DNA of 44,207 nt from assembly GCA_032718475.1 (NCBI GenBank), contig JAUCBJ010005380.1, forward strand, positions 1-44,207, given 5' to 3'. A program made the position numbers and the translations under genes. Below, piece by piece: positions 13,091 to 25,114 of the stretch. How positions within the stretch are numbered: position 1 is the stretch's first letter; each line of letters begins with the position of its first letter. Below the pieces are notes generated by a model, which ran no database searches, was not told where the DNA came from, and worked only from the letters and a program-made list of their open reading frames with translations. The stretch is from Nemertoderma westbladi. Lineage: Eukaryota; Animalia; Xenacoelomorpha.

Positions 13091-13176
13091 GACCTGGAGC
13101 TTAAGCTCTAGCGGTAGTTAAAGTTTACGGAGTGCTACCGCACAGAGCACCCATACGGTTTTGCGTACCCATCCAT

Positions 13177-14339
13177 CTACAGCTGATAACAACCGTGGTA
13201 TGGTTATATATATAATATCTCTATTGTGTAGCTGCAGCTGATAACAACCATGGTATGGCTATATAATATCTATATTGTGTAGCTGCAGCTGATAACAACC
13301 ATGGTATGGCTATATAATATCTCTATTGTGTAGCTGCAGCTGATAACAACCATGGTATGGCTATATAATATCTCTATTGTGTAGCTGCAGCTGATAACAA
13401 CCATGGTATGGCTATATAATATCTCTATTGTGTAGCTGCTGCTGATAACAACCATGGTATGGCTATATAATATTCATATGTAGCTGCAGCTGATAACAAC
13501 CATGGTATGGCTATATAATATCTCTATTGTGTAGCTGCAGCTGATAACAACCACGGTATGGCTATATAATATCTCTATTGTGTAGCTGCAGCTGATAACC
13601 ACCATGGTATGGCTATATAATATCTCTATTGTGTAGCTGCAGCTGATAACAACCATGGTATGGCTATATAATATTCATATGTAGCTGCAGCTGATAACAA
13701 CCATGGTATGGCTATATAATATCTCTATTGTGTAGCTGCAGCTGATAACAACCACGGTATGGCTATATAATATCTCTATTGTGTAGCTGCAGCTGATAAC
13801 AACCATGGTATGGCTATATAATATCTCTATTGTGTAGCTACAGCTGATAACAACCATGGTATGGCTATATAATATCTCTATTGTGTAGCTACAGCTGATA
13901 AGAACCATGGTATGGCTATATAATATCTCTATTGTGTAGCTACAGCTGATAAGAACCATGGTATGGGTATATAATATCTCTATTGTGTAGCTACAGCTGA
14001 TAACAACCATGGTATGGCTATATAATATCTCTATTGTGTAGCTGCAGCTGATAACAACCATGGTATGGCTATATAATATCTCTATTGTGTAGCTACAGCT
14101 GATATCAACCATGGTATGGCTATATAATATCTCTATTGTGTAGCTGCAGCTGATAAAAACCACGGTATGGCTATATAATATTCATATGTAGCTGCAGCTG
14201 ATAACAACCATGGTATGGCTATATAATATCTCTATTGTGTAGCTGCAGCTGATAACAACCATGGTATGGCTATATAATATCTATATTGTGTAGCTACAGC
14301 TGATAACAACCATGGTATGGCTATATAATATCTCTATTG
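13177..14339. repeat. 51-bp minisatellite, left part (~23 copies)
   Basis: Unit TGTAGCTGCAGCTGATAACAACCATGGTATGGCTATATAATATCTCTATTG, with shorter variants and point variants. Confidence 0.98.
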
Positions 14340-14451
14340 TGTAAGCCCCCGTTTGCCGTACCCACCGCTATCATGAAGTAATCAAATAATCTCTCAATCT
14401 AATATAATATATAATCTTCTTCCATGGCCTACTCTGTATCATATCCTTACA
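14340..14451 (-). repeat. Gypsy 3' LTR (112 bp)
   Basis: Identical to 29311-29422. 6-bp terminal inverted repeat. Preceded on the minus strand by the purine tract GCGGGGGGAATG (14452-14463). Confidence 0.95.
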
Positions 14452-14688
14452 CATTCCCCCCGCACAAAAAAAAGGCACTCTTGCCACAGAGTGTCAAAAG
14501 AAAATTCGTAATAGCTAATACTGTAGCTCACAAAAAATATACCGAAAAATAATAAAATTAAGCACAAAACACATATATAAGCACAAAACAAAACAAAAAA
14601 TGTAAATCTTATATGTCTCAAGAATAATAAAAATACGCACAAAAATAATATATAAATCTCATATATTTATATCCCAAAAATAATAATT

Positions 14689-15157
14689 TTACTTCCCAGT
14701 ATAGGACTGACTTGGTACTTCCGATTTACAATTACGTAATCGGTCAATGTTTACAAATAAAATCTTATCATGTGGCTTGTCAACCAATCTTATTTCTGCA
14801 TTATTGGCGACAATTTTTAGAATTCTATAAGGCCCATGAAATGGCCTAGTGAGTTTATGATACTTTCCTTTCACCAAATCAGGTCGGTGAAGGAACACCC
14901 TATCTCCGACTCGATATGTTACTGATTTACGTTTTTTATCAAACTGTTCCTTATATTGCACCTGCGCCTTATTTATGTTGCGTCGTGCAATATCCCACGC
15001 CGTAGATAGATGATCTGACAACTCAGTTCTATAATCATCCAAATCCACTTGATAGACTGTCCGAGGTCTATTCAAAGCCGTTTCGGTTGGCAATCGGGCA
15101 TCCCACCCATATAACAAAAAAAACGGCGATTCATTTGTACTAGAGTGTTGTGATGTT
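14689..15157 (-). pseudogene. pol: Gypsy integrase C-terminal part (GPY/F)
   Basis: Removing BEL-2 and one TSD copy gives in-frame YRT-SQHSSTNESPFFLLYGWDARLP...KLTRPFHGPYRI. Confidence 0.92.
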
Positions 15158-16380
15158 TGTTCGCGCTTTCAGACCTTTGGCAGTTTAACCCGCCAAATTA
15201 GGATGTCTTCTAGATAATAAATCACCTTTAGCCTATGACAAGTATTTAATTCACTACACTAGTCGAAACCAATCTGTGCGCGATCATTCACCCGTTGGAT
15301 ATACCCGGGAGATTGGGTTCGACGGCTTAATTTTATTGCTATGTAAGCCTAATGTATTATTCGACTGACAGTATTATATAATCTCTGACAATATTATTCA
15401 CTTTCGGGAATTATTAACAGTTCCTTTAGGACGTGGCGCTCTATCTATATAAACAGAGTTATGACTTAAACTACTCACAACGATATGGCTTAGTTACAAT
15501 TCACATATATGGCGCATTCTTTAGGAAATGCTTCGTTATCAGTCTCACTCATACACAATGCTGCACAATACTGCACACTGATCTGCCGATCTTCACTGAT
15601 TTTAGTCACATATAAAAGGAACACAGACCGAATCATGTAGGGTCTATCAAATAACATTAGATTCACTTCAAACCACTCAACATAGGTCGCAATCATTTAT
15701 CTGTAACCTTTCTCTCTTACCTTCGGTATATCAAGAATATTGGGTTTTCGGGGTTATTTGTCGTTATTCCAAATATAATAATTCATCAACCATATTATGA
15801 AGAACTGACAGTAAATAGCAGTATAACAATATAAAAGTATGCACAGTGTTACACAGTATGCAGTGTATGCAGTACTGCAGTATGCAGTATGCAGACATCA
15901 GTCATCAGACATCAGTTACGTTTGCAGATAACGGATATATGTCCTTATAATTAAGCCTACTAGTGTAGGACTAAAAACTGAAAACACGGAGGTGCCAAAA
16001 GCCGGTTCTTAGGCTCTGGGCAAAACATAACACTGAACTACTGAGTTTCTGTATACACCTCCAACACAGAGACAACAAACGCTCTGATTGGTCAACCTGA
16101 ACAACGAGAGAACAAAGAAACAAAGAAACGTCGACGTGGCAATATCAGCTGCTAGCCGTCGTCATGGTAGCGACACTGTTTTCAAGAGTATCGAGCTTTT
16201 ACGTCACGGAATTACGGATTATGTCCTCTAAAGTACAAATACAGAAGAAATAGCTTTTATGTCCGCTAAAACACCAGTACAGCAAGGACACGGCCTTTTT
16301 ATGCCTGGTAAACCAACTACAGAGTATTTTACGGGAAAAATAAGGAAAAATAACCGGACAATTCAGCAAAAGCTTTTACA
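15158..16380 (-). repeat. BEL-2 3' LTR
   Basis: Matches 25946-27175. The only difference I noticed by eye is one fewer 7-bp GCAGTAT unit. Confidence 0.96.
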
Positions 16381-19300
16381 CCGCTCCCAGAAAATGGGAT
16401 TTTCAGTCTATAAAATATAAAAATCACAGTTTCTAAAACATAAAGATACTCTAAACAGTTAGTCTTTCTTACGCAGACGGCGTTTACGCAGTTTTTTGAG
16501 GCTAGCAAGAGTCTTTTTCTCTTTGGGGGGAGCCACTTTACTAGGAGGGCCATAACTCCTGGGTGAAGGGTGCAATATGATTGCATCAGAAGGTGTAGGA
16601 TTGTGGTCGAGGTATCTGCCGTTTCGATATGCTTCTCCTCGAGCTGATTTTCCTCCGCTCGTAGCTGGATACGTTCATCCAAAAACTCTCGCAGAGAATA
16701 AGATCGTCCAAGTTCGATAACTTCTTAGAGATTCTGGATTTCCCAATCGAATTGAGATAAGGCCAATTCATTTATCGATTGGACTTACTGTTATAACTTA
16801 CGTTTATCTGAACAAACGCAGGTTTCCTTTTTGATCTTTATAGAATAGCGTTTAACTCATTTCGTACAACGCTCTCCTTCACCTTGATGAGGTGTTGTAT
16901 CGCATTAAACGTGGACGACCATACGGTTGGATAGTGATATTAGGTGTCCGCGTCACAATCCGGCTAGGTAAGATGGGCGGCTAGCTAGAAATCACTGTCG
17001 GAGTGTTACCGATTAATTGTTAGGGTAGCACTAGATCTTTGAACAGTGAATACAGTCCGCGAGGATCCGCGACACCACCAGGATCGCAGGTCTGAGGTCC
17101 AACTAAGGAATGAGGAGGTTTGACCGAGTATTCCGGGACTCTGATCGTAGGTTTACTCCAGGATCGTTCGAGCCGAGTGAGCATAGGTGATACGTCAACA
17201 AGTTTCGGTTTACGTGGATGTTTATGTCTTTCCGTTTATTAGTTGGGTCTAGGGCATTTATCGTAATAATACCAAAGACGCACGTCTGGTAGGGTAAACG
17301 CGGGTGATATTTATTTGTTGTTACAATGCTTCTATCAAGAATTCCAAATATACGTTGGAGTTACCGCGTCCATTTGTTTCTTTAGTGTCTTTTCTTTCGA
17401 GTCGATTTCGAACAGAATTTTCGCATTCGAATTTCCGTTTATGGTTCCGACTCCGCTGGGCAGGATATATAGTCGACATAGTCCGTATTGTGTAAATCGA
17501 TAGGATGACCAGTAGTTAAGAAGCCCATATACATACCATTACGCCGCGTATATCGAGCAGCGAATTTTCTATAGTCCAACTCGCGCGAGCTGCTCTTGGG
17601 ACATTGGCGGTTCGATATAACGACCATCGTCCTCCGCAGCAGTTGGACTAACGTCGCCGCGTATTAAGCTATCAACAAACGCTTGTAAAAGTAGAGTATA
17701 TCGCTCCCCGATACCAAGACCATCTTCTATCAACTCCGTCATATCTGCTATATATGAGTTTATCCATATTATAATGAGTTTATATTTAGGCGAGCGGGCG
17801 TCACTGCCTACCCCAATCAACCCCGGACAGTACGAGATCCTCAGCGCCGATGTGTCGTCGCCGCTGTACTTTCGCCAACGACGTAGCCGCACAACGACAA
17901 CGACAACCGGCACAAGTCACTCAACTGTCCGTCCCAAAGGCTTAGATGTACTTCAGGTTTTCCTTGGAGAGTTAGGTTACTTTTACGATTGCGACTAGCT
18001 ACTGTAAACACACCTTAGCAGTAACATTCACCTATAAACTCACAAATACCACACAACTGGTCACAACTACGCACATTTGGGCCATTTGTCCGTTAGTCAA
18101 TGCCTTCCAGAATGTCACTGTATTATTATGTATCCTTGGATACTAGTAGTGCGCTATTTATTCCCTATGCTATTCAATGGGACAAGCTTTCTATTGTTCG
18201 TTTAACTCAATTCTAATTCTAGCGTGGTTGTTGCTATGGTGACATTATGCAAAGCTAGCGGTAGAATTAGAGTAATTCCAATGCATACAGATCTGGGATG
18301 TTATTTAATAGTATTCTTTAATAGTCAATGTTCGGTTTTATACATGACTTTATGAATTTTATCGGCTATTGACTATGTTTGGGAGACTTTCGCACACTCA
18401 TAGGCATAATAAGATAAATCTCCGCTCCCTTTATCTATTAATTAATGGAATTTTGGGAATGTTATAAATTGCGCAAAAATGGCAATTTATTAAATTCATT
18501 AAAAGGCATGAATTTAAATTATTCCCTGAAATTTTATTATTTGATAATTAAATGGACATATTTTGATTCTAGAATATGTCTGGGGACACAAGATCCTTAA
18601 TTCTATGACAATTGTCTTTTTAAGAATATCGGTAAATGCTACGATATCTTAATTGACTAGAATTGTTGAAGGATCTGAATTTACAGATTTTGATTTATTA
18701 GATTTGCAAATATTAAATAATTAATATTTGAGATGGGCACCAATTTATTCCAGAACTTGTCTGGGGACGTTAACCACTGATTCTAGAATTTGTCTTTCAA
18801 GTATATCGGTGGGTGCCGCGATATCTTAATCGACTAGAATTACAGATGGTCAAAGGGTTTAACAGATTTATTTTGCGTGATACGCTACTGTTAAAGGGAC
18901 ATCACGCTACTATATGTATTATTTAATATACGGTATGAGAGCAATATCGCACGAAGCAATGTCAGTGTGAAGAGGCAAGTCGTTTCCAAGGTCTACCCAG
19001 AGCTTGGTTTAGCCGAGACACGAGGATCTGAACTTTGCATTCCTAATACTCTGCCTACCAATAATACTTTAATATAGTAGTGGCTTTATTGTACTTTAAT
19101 AAGTACGGACATTTCATCTTACTGTAGTCACGTATTTATAATATGATACGGACAGTAAGGAAAGAGGAAAAGAATTATTTCTTGCCGTCGCATTAAATAT
19201 AATATATACGTAATTAAGTAATAAACGCGAATATATATTGCACTAATCTACTAAATAATCGCTAAAATAACATTCTACTGAATAAAATTAAAGAAAACGA

Positions 19301-19406
19301 TTATAATAAAGTTACATAGTAATACATACAGAAATATAAAATAATAAAATAATATAAAATAATAGAGTCACACACCCACTCCATATGTTGTTACGTTATG
19401 GAGTCC

Positions 19407-20750
19407 CTAGATGTTTGAAGGATTAGGGAGGTGGTCGTGGGAAGAGAATCTTGCCTTCCACAGTTTCCGGAGTCCTCTATTCCCTTCCGGTAAACACAAA
19501 CGACCGACTGGGTGATTGAGTCGCTGCATCCCGAATACAGTTCCAGGTTTCCTCTTCGTCCTGGAATAGTGACGATAGAAACATCGCTCTAGGTACACGA
19601 CGGCCTTACAAAGCCGATTCCAGGAGCTATAGTGGTCCGTCGCTCCCTGCAGGAGAGGTGAGAGTCCCTGCGAGACGTCTGATGTTCCAGAGCTCCAATC
19701 GCTCTCTCTGATCTTCATGAAGGATCCACTCGCGGTGGGGAGGTCCAGATCCACGGCGTCGTCCCTGGCAATATGTAATACCGACAGATCTATCCCGGGT
19801 TCAAATAACTCCGCTCCACCCGTCCGGGTTTTTGGTTTGACTTTCTCCGCTCCCTTGGCTGGTCTAATCTCAGTCGGAGTAAGATGGGGAGGCCATTCAT
19901 CCTCCTTACTCAGGAAGTCGGGTTCACCTAACCGGTCTGTAGTATCTGTCAGTTCTTGAGGAGTTGCTCCTCTGGAAGCGATGTCGGCTGTATTCATCGT
20001 CTTGGGGCAATATCTCCATTGATCTACATTGGAGTTAAGATTGTCATTATCTGAGGAGTGTGGTGTTCCCTCAGTTGTGTCGTCTCCCTCACTAGTATCG
20101 TCTTCCCATTCACTCACCTGGCAGACGCGATCTTGAAGCAGTCTTTCCCTGAGCGTTCTACGGGAAGGTCCAGTAAGGTACCAACCTACTCTAGTTCTTA
20201 CCGCATAGGTCTGAAGTGGTTGCGGTTGAGTAGGTCGTTTCTCTAATGTCTCCAGCGCCTCATGCGCGTTTTGGCCGATGAGTATTTGCACTCCAGGATA
20301 ATCAGTCTGGAATCGAGGTATCTTAAGATGTTGGATGCTCTCATCCTCGTCCCAATTATAAAGGTCTGCTTGAGTAGTAGCGAAGTTCTTTATTGCCACC
20401 ATTTTGACTGACCTTATACTGTGTTCTCCTAGTTTATCCTGTGGAGTGGACAACTCACCTATATAATAGTCGGCAGCCACAGCAGATTTCCAAACCTGCA
20501 TGATCCCTGACATGTTTAGCTTGGTTCGGAACTTGGGTTGTCCAGCAAAGATGTCTTCGGCTAGTTCTTTATCGATGAATGTTCCCGTGCTGCCGGAGTC
20601 CAGGAGGGCGTTCACTATATAGCTCTTCTGAGGTCCGCGGACCCGTAACTGGACTACAGGAAATTCTCGGGTTCCTATATTGGAAGTTGGCGCTTTCCAA
20701 GATGGTTGTTGATCGGAAGTAGTTAAGGTAAGGTCGCTGTCTGTGTCTTT
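19407..20750 (-). CDS. pro: BEL aspartic protease fused to residual pol fragments (RT, most of RNase H and IN missing)
   Basis: In frame with gag after a single TAG. ALLDSGS, ILIG, GWYLTGP, then WRYCPKTMNTADIASRG, YSSWNRL and HPVGRLCLPEG. Confidence 0.8.
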   Translation of the reverse strand, partial: KDTDSDLTLTTSDQQPSWKAPTSNIGTREFPVVQLRVRGPQKSYIVNALLDSGSTGTFIDKELAEDIFAGQPKFRTKLNMSGIMQVWKSAVAADYYIGELSTPQDKLGEHSIRSVKMVAIKNFATTQADLYNWDEDESIQHLKIPRFQTDYPGVQILIGQNAHEALETLEKRPTQPQPLQTYAVRTRVGWYLTGPSRRTLRERLLQDRVCQVSEWEDDTSEGDDTTEGTPHSSDNDNLNSNVDQWRYCPKTMNTADIASRGATPQELTDTTDRLGEPDFLSKEDEWPPHLTPTEIRPAKGAEKVKPKTRTGGAELFEPGIDLSVLHIARDDAVDLDLPTASGSFMKIRESDWSSGTSDVSQGLSPLLQGATDHYSSWNRLCKAVVYLERCFYRHYSRTKRKPGTVFGMQRLNHPVGRLCLPEGNRGLRKLWKARFSSHDHLPNPSNI

Positions 20751-23700
20751 CTAATGCACGAGTACTCGATACACTGCGGTGGTGTTTATTAGGTAACAGG
20801 ATTCGTTTTGGTCGGAGAACTCGTCCGTATAGAATCCTTCCATCTCAGATTGATCAGTGTCGTTCACATCACTGAATTGGACATGTAGTTCGGACTCACT
20901 TACCTGACTCGGGCTGTTTCGTTCGAATTCCGTGTGCAACAAGATATGATGTTTTGCGCCGCACTTTGCACACCTTGCGTCGGAGTTACAGGTTCGCCGT
21001 TGGTGTCCTCGTCTGAGGCAATTATAACACAACCGCTTATCCCACATGACTTCACGTCTATCCTCGAGTGATTTCCTCAGGAATTTATCACACGCATTTA
21101 AACGGTGGGGCCCATCGCACAGCACACATTTCGGCTTGATGTTACTTACCTTAACCTGTGCTATGTGGTGCACACTTGTTCTTTCCTCGGGCTTTCTCAC
21201 CTGAATTCTTTTAGGAGACGTAGGGGGGGTTTTTTGTACCGGTTCCCTTCTGTCATTGGGTCGAGACTTGAATTTACTTACCTGGTCTTTAGGCGTTTTG
21301 TTGTTGTAGTAAGATCTCTCAGTGTCTTTCCCGCTATCCTCTCCTTGAGAAGTCTGGCTTTCGCCGTCGTCTGTATAACACACTGGTGTTACCCTTCTCC
21401 TAGAAACGGGTTTCTCACTTACCTTGTTTTCCAGTGTCTTCTCTCTGGATTGCCTTAGGAGCTGTAATTTCACTTCTCTATCTAAGAATGACATGAGATC
21501 AGCCATGGTAGGGTCTCGTCGTTGTTGTTCCATCATATATAACACTTTCTTGTCCCAGCGTGTGCCTACTCCACCCTTGGGCAAAGTAGATGCTAGGGCT
21601 CCTACAACCATAGAATTCTGGTATTCATGAGACTTACCTAACCAATCTAGTTGTCTACAGATCTCCTGAATCTCGTCGGAAAACTCTATAATCCCGCTGC
21701 TAAGAAACTTTCGGGGCGCCATTAATTTCGCATATAAATACCTAGCTATGTTAGTCCTATTACCATACCTGATGTTTAGTGTATCCCAAACTTGTCTTAA
21801 TCCATCTGGATGTCCAATAAATTTTAACGCCATTAACTTGGGAGATCCTTCCAAGCACTCGATGAGGTATCTAAGTTTTTCTCCATTAGATAGTACAGAG
21901 TTCTGTATGTTATCTTTGTAATATTCATTAAAAGGTAACCATTTCATCTCATCTCCATTGAACTTGACGATCTCTCCCACCTTTACCGCTTGCCGGGCTT
22001 CGGTTCTAGCCATTTGACGCGTAAAACTTTCTTGGGCCATCGTGTTATTTAATATCGAATTATCGGTATATAAATTTCTCGGATGATGATCAGTTCTATA
22101 GGGAATATCATTATCAACAGGTCTATAATTACCCTTAATAGGGTTCACTATAGGAGTTTCTACTTCGCTAGCAGTATATATGCGTGTAGGCTCCACACCT
22201 TGCGCATGCGATACTTCAGACCTAACAGGTTGACACATTGTTACAGAGGGTGGTGGTATACCCCTTTGTGTATTTACTAATTTATCGCGTTCAAGCGCGA
22301 TACTTTGCTGCACTTCTTGCAACTCTAGCCTACTTTCCCTTACTGTGCCCTTGAATTGCTGGACAGTCTCCTGCATCTGCCCGAGCAGGATATCCATCCC
22401 CCGCCGTCTCTCGTCCACCCATTCGACCGCCGAAGCGGGAGTCGCCAACGTTGTAGCGGGCGGACGAGGGACAACGGGCGACAAATTGTGAATATTTCGC
22501 TCGGAGTCCAGGGTATGCACTGTCTCATGGAATGTTCTGCTGGGCACAGGTAGCTTAGTGCTGTGCAAAGGGAATTGAGAAGTAGGTTCAGGGAGTACAG
22601 GTGTCTCTACGACCGAAAGGGTAGCTTCGGGAACAGGCCTAATTATTTCAGGCTCATCTACTATAGTAGGGAGTCTCTCTATTGTAATTATTTGGTCTGT
22701 GGGTTCTGTACTACCTACTTTGGTGTTATTTAGTTGCCTTCTAACAGCTGGAGGCAAATCAGGCAATTTCTGACGGTGGAATGTTCTTTTACGTCTGCTT
22801 AGGCGAGATCGATTTCCTCCGCCTTCAGTGTCGGTGGTATCGCCTTCCTCAGATGATGTATACCCCTGTCTCTTGGGAGTAGATCGACTCATCATCTGCA
22901 TATTGCTCGCTGTTAACTGTTTATTGAAGTTGTCTTGCTTCTCTTGAAGAATTTCCAACTCTAGTTGGGTTGCCTCTTCAGATGCCCTCCGTTCTGCTTC
23001 TACCACTGCCTCTGCTATTGCCAGTGCCGCTTTTCTTTCGGTTTCTGCCGCTGCCTCTGCTATTGCCAGTGCCGCTTTTCTTTCGGCTTCTGCCGCTGCC
23101 ACTGCTGCTGCCACTGCCGCTGTCTTTCTATCTTCTATACGTTTTTTCTTTACTTGTTCTTCTTGTTCTCTAGCGATGCGGAGTTGTTCATCGAATTTAG
23201 CTTGGTTCGCCGCTAACATTTCCGCATCGATGGCATCCAACACAAGCTTGGTTCCTTCACTATTAGGGCTAAGTCCCTCTAACCTTCTCCTCAACTCGTC
23301 ATCACCTAAAAAACGTTGATAGTCTGACAGATAGATGTCAATGGCATCCCTCTTATGCGGTTTCTCTGCCGTCGCTTCGCTTTCTTCTTGAGAAGAAGTG
23401 GCGTCTGTTGATTCTTCATAGGTTGTCCGCTCATCATAAACCTTATCCGCCATCTTCGCTCCGTGCTCGGGCGTCCGCTCAACAGTATCCGAACTACTGG
23501 AGCTGTCGGACCGCTGAGAAACAAGTTCCTGGCTTGCGGGTTGTTGCTGTTCCGCTGCTTCTTGGTCTCGCTTGACCTGAGGTCGAGTGCCTATGATAGA
23601 CCTACGATGTTGGACCAGCCTCGGTTCTGTTATTAATACTGTAGGGATGGCCTTGCTTACAGTAGGAGGGGACTTGGACTTTGGTCTCAGACGCTCTATA

Positions 23701-23798
23701 CTCTTAGCTGAGTCCCAGATCTTTTTAAGACCCTGTCTAACACTCATTCTAGCACTTTCTAAGAGGCTATCTGACAATGTTTGTGGTGAGTCAGACAT
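20751..23798 (-). CDS. gag: BEL/Pao Gag, 1015 aa, intact
   Basis: Coiled-coil N-terminus, DUF1759-like KFNGDEMKWLPF...KLRYLIECLEG, and the BEL-typical triple knuckle CX2CX3HX4C / CX2CX4HX4C / CX2CX3HX4H. Confidence 0.92.
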   Translation of the reverse strand: MSDSPQTLSDSLLESARMSVRQGLKKIWDSAKSIERLRPKSKSPPTVSKAIPTVLITEPRLVQHRRSIIGTRPQVKRDQEAAEQQQPASQELVSQRSDSSSSSDTVERTPEHGAKMADKVYDERTTYEESTDATSSQEESEATAEKPHKRDAIDIYLSDYQRFLGDDELRRRLEGLSPNSEGTKLVLDAIDAEMLAANQAKFDEQLRIAREQEEQVKKKRIEDRKTAAVAAAVAAAEAERKAALAIAEAAAETERKAALAIAEAVVEAERRASEEATQLELEILQEKQDNFNKQLTASNMQMMSRSTPKRQGYTSSEEGDTTDTEGGGNRSRLSRRKRTFHRQKLPDLPPAVRRQLNNTKVGSTEPTDQIITIERLPTIVDEPEIIRPVPEATLSVVETPVLPEPTSQFPLHSTKLPVPSRTFHETVHTLDSERNIHNLSPVVPRPPATTLATPASAVEWVDERRRGMDILLGQMQETVQQFKGTVRESRLELQEVQQSIALERDKLVNTQRGIPPPSVTMCQPVRSEVSHAQGVEPTRIYTASEVETPIVNPIKGNYRPVDNDIPYRTDHHPRNLYTDNSILNNTMAQESFTRQMARTEARQAVKVGEIVKFNGDEMKWLPFNEYYKDNIQNSVLSNGEKLRYLIECLEGSPKLMALKFIGHPDGLRQVWDTLNIRYGNRTNIARYLYAKLMAPRKFLSSGIIEFSDEIQEICRQLDWLGKSHEYQNSMVVGALASTLPKGGVGTRWDKKVLYMMEQQRRDPTMADLMSFLDREVKLQLLRQSREKTLENKVSEKPVSRRRVTPVCYTDDGESQTSQGEDSGKDTERSYYNNKTPKDQVSKFKSRPNDRREPVQKTPPTSPKRIQVRKPEERTSVHHIAQVKVSNIKPKCVLCDGPHRLNACDKFLRKSLEDRREVMWDKRLCYNCLRRGHQRRTCNSDARCAKCGAKHHILLHTEFERNSPSQVSESELHVQFSDVNDTDQSEMEGFYTDEFSDQNESCYLINTTAVYRVLVH

Positions 23799-25114
23799 GT
23801 TTGATTGTACAGTTGAATGCCTACTGCTAGATTACAGTCTGAGCAAGTCTAGTAACTCAGTATTAACTGCTAGCCTAGTAATTAATTACCGGTACTGCTA
23901 CTCAGTGTAGCGTGATATATATAATATATTAGAATACCGGTATGCTTATAGTATATATAACTATTATTACAGACTAGGTTTATCACCGAATACCGGTATA
24001 ATTTTAGCACAAATATATATAATATATAATAGGCCTATCTGCAATACCGGTATACAGCTTACAGTTTGTAGGATATATAATTCTGAAATAGAATTAATTA
24101 CAAGTACTGGTATAATTTCAGCCTAGATTTATAGAAATAAAGATAATAGGCCTATCGTAAATACCGGTATATCAATTATTTCAAATAATTGAATTTCTGT
24201 TACTTTAGGGTTACTTTGTTACTTTACTTACTTTATTACCGTTATTTGAGCAGTAGTCCAACTGATATGGAGACCTAGTTGTTATATGGTAGGCCTACTA
24301 TTTATAAATCGTTAGATTTGATTTATAATATATATATACCCGTTTTAATGGGTTTAGTCAATGTTTGAAATAAATGTTATTATTTCTGGGGTAATCACTA
24401 CACAAAGCAGTGCGCTTTTAGTGAAGTGTTACGTATAGGACACTAAAACAAATAATACTAATTTACCTAAGTTACTTAGTACTACAAATTACGTACAATT
24501 CGGGTGAGATTACAATCTCTAAATAAACACAAAAATTTACAAAACACAAATACGAATTTTTAGGGTAATTTTACAAGAAGTCTACAAACCAGCCTAACAA
24601 AGGGTTAGAATACCGGTTATTACAACGGACAGGGTACTACGGTGTTTTGAAATAATAAGTAGTAGTAAATACACTGCGTTGTCTAGATAGGAAAATACCA
24701 CCGCCTGACGACCTATAGCCGTATCGCTATAGGTTCTACGTTATGTATCACGGAGTGTTCCTACCTAGAAGTTAATAGAGCTAATCGAATGTGCCTATCA
24801 ACCACTTTACAACACAAATATAATGCCTACACTAATTACTTCGGAAAGTACTGTACACTAAACCCTAAATTAGGTATGAGTACTTGCATAACAGATAATC
24901 AGTAGTTAAATATACTTGAACAGCTAAAAGAACCACGGCATCTGCTGGAGTGACCGATGCACAAAATCACCAGTCTTTACCTACGCCGAGCAGCCCGTGT
25001 AGTACCGGGGTTAATTTAACTATAGCGGTATGTATAACAAACACAATTACTGTAGGAACAAACTTGGGGAATGAATGTTGCGGATAATCGCATAAACTCT
25101 GAATAATAAATATT

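Noticed and set aside
13095-13130. Twister-like UAAC...UUAAGC on the minus strand
   Set aside because: The downstream pairing strands and pseudoknot partners cannot be found, and the segment is better explained as a simple palindrome.
15433-15696. Duplicated small ORFs (also at 26221-26484)
   Set aside because: They are duplicated only because they lie in the BEL-2 LTRs and have no recognisable motifs.
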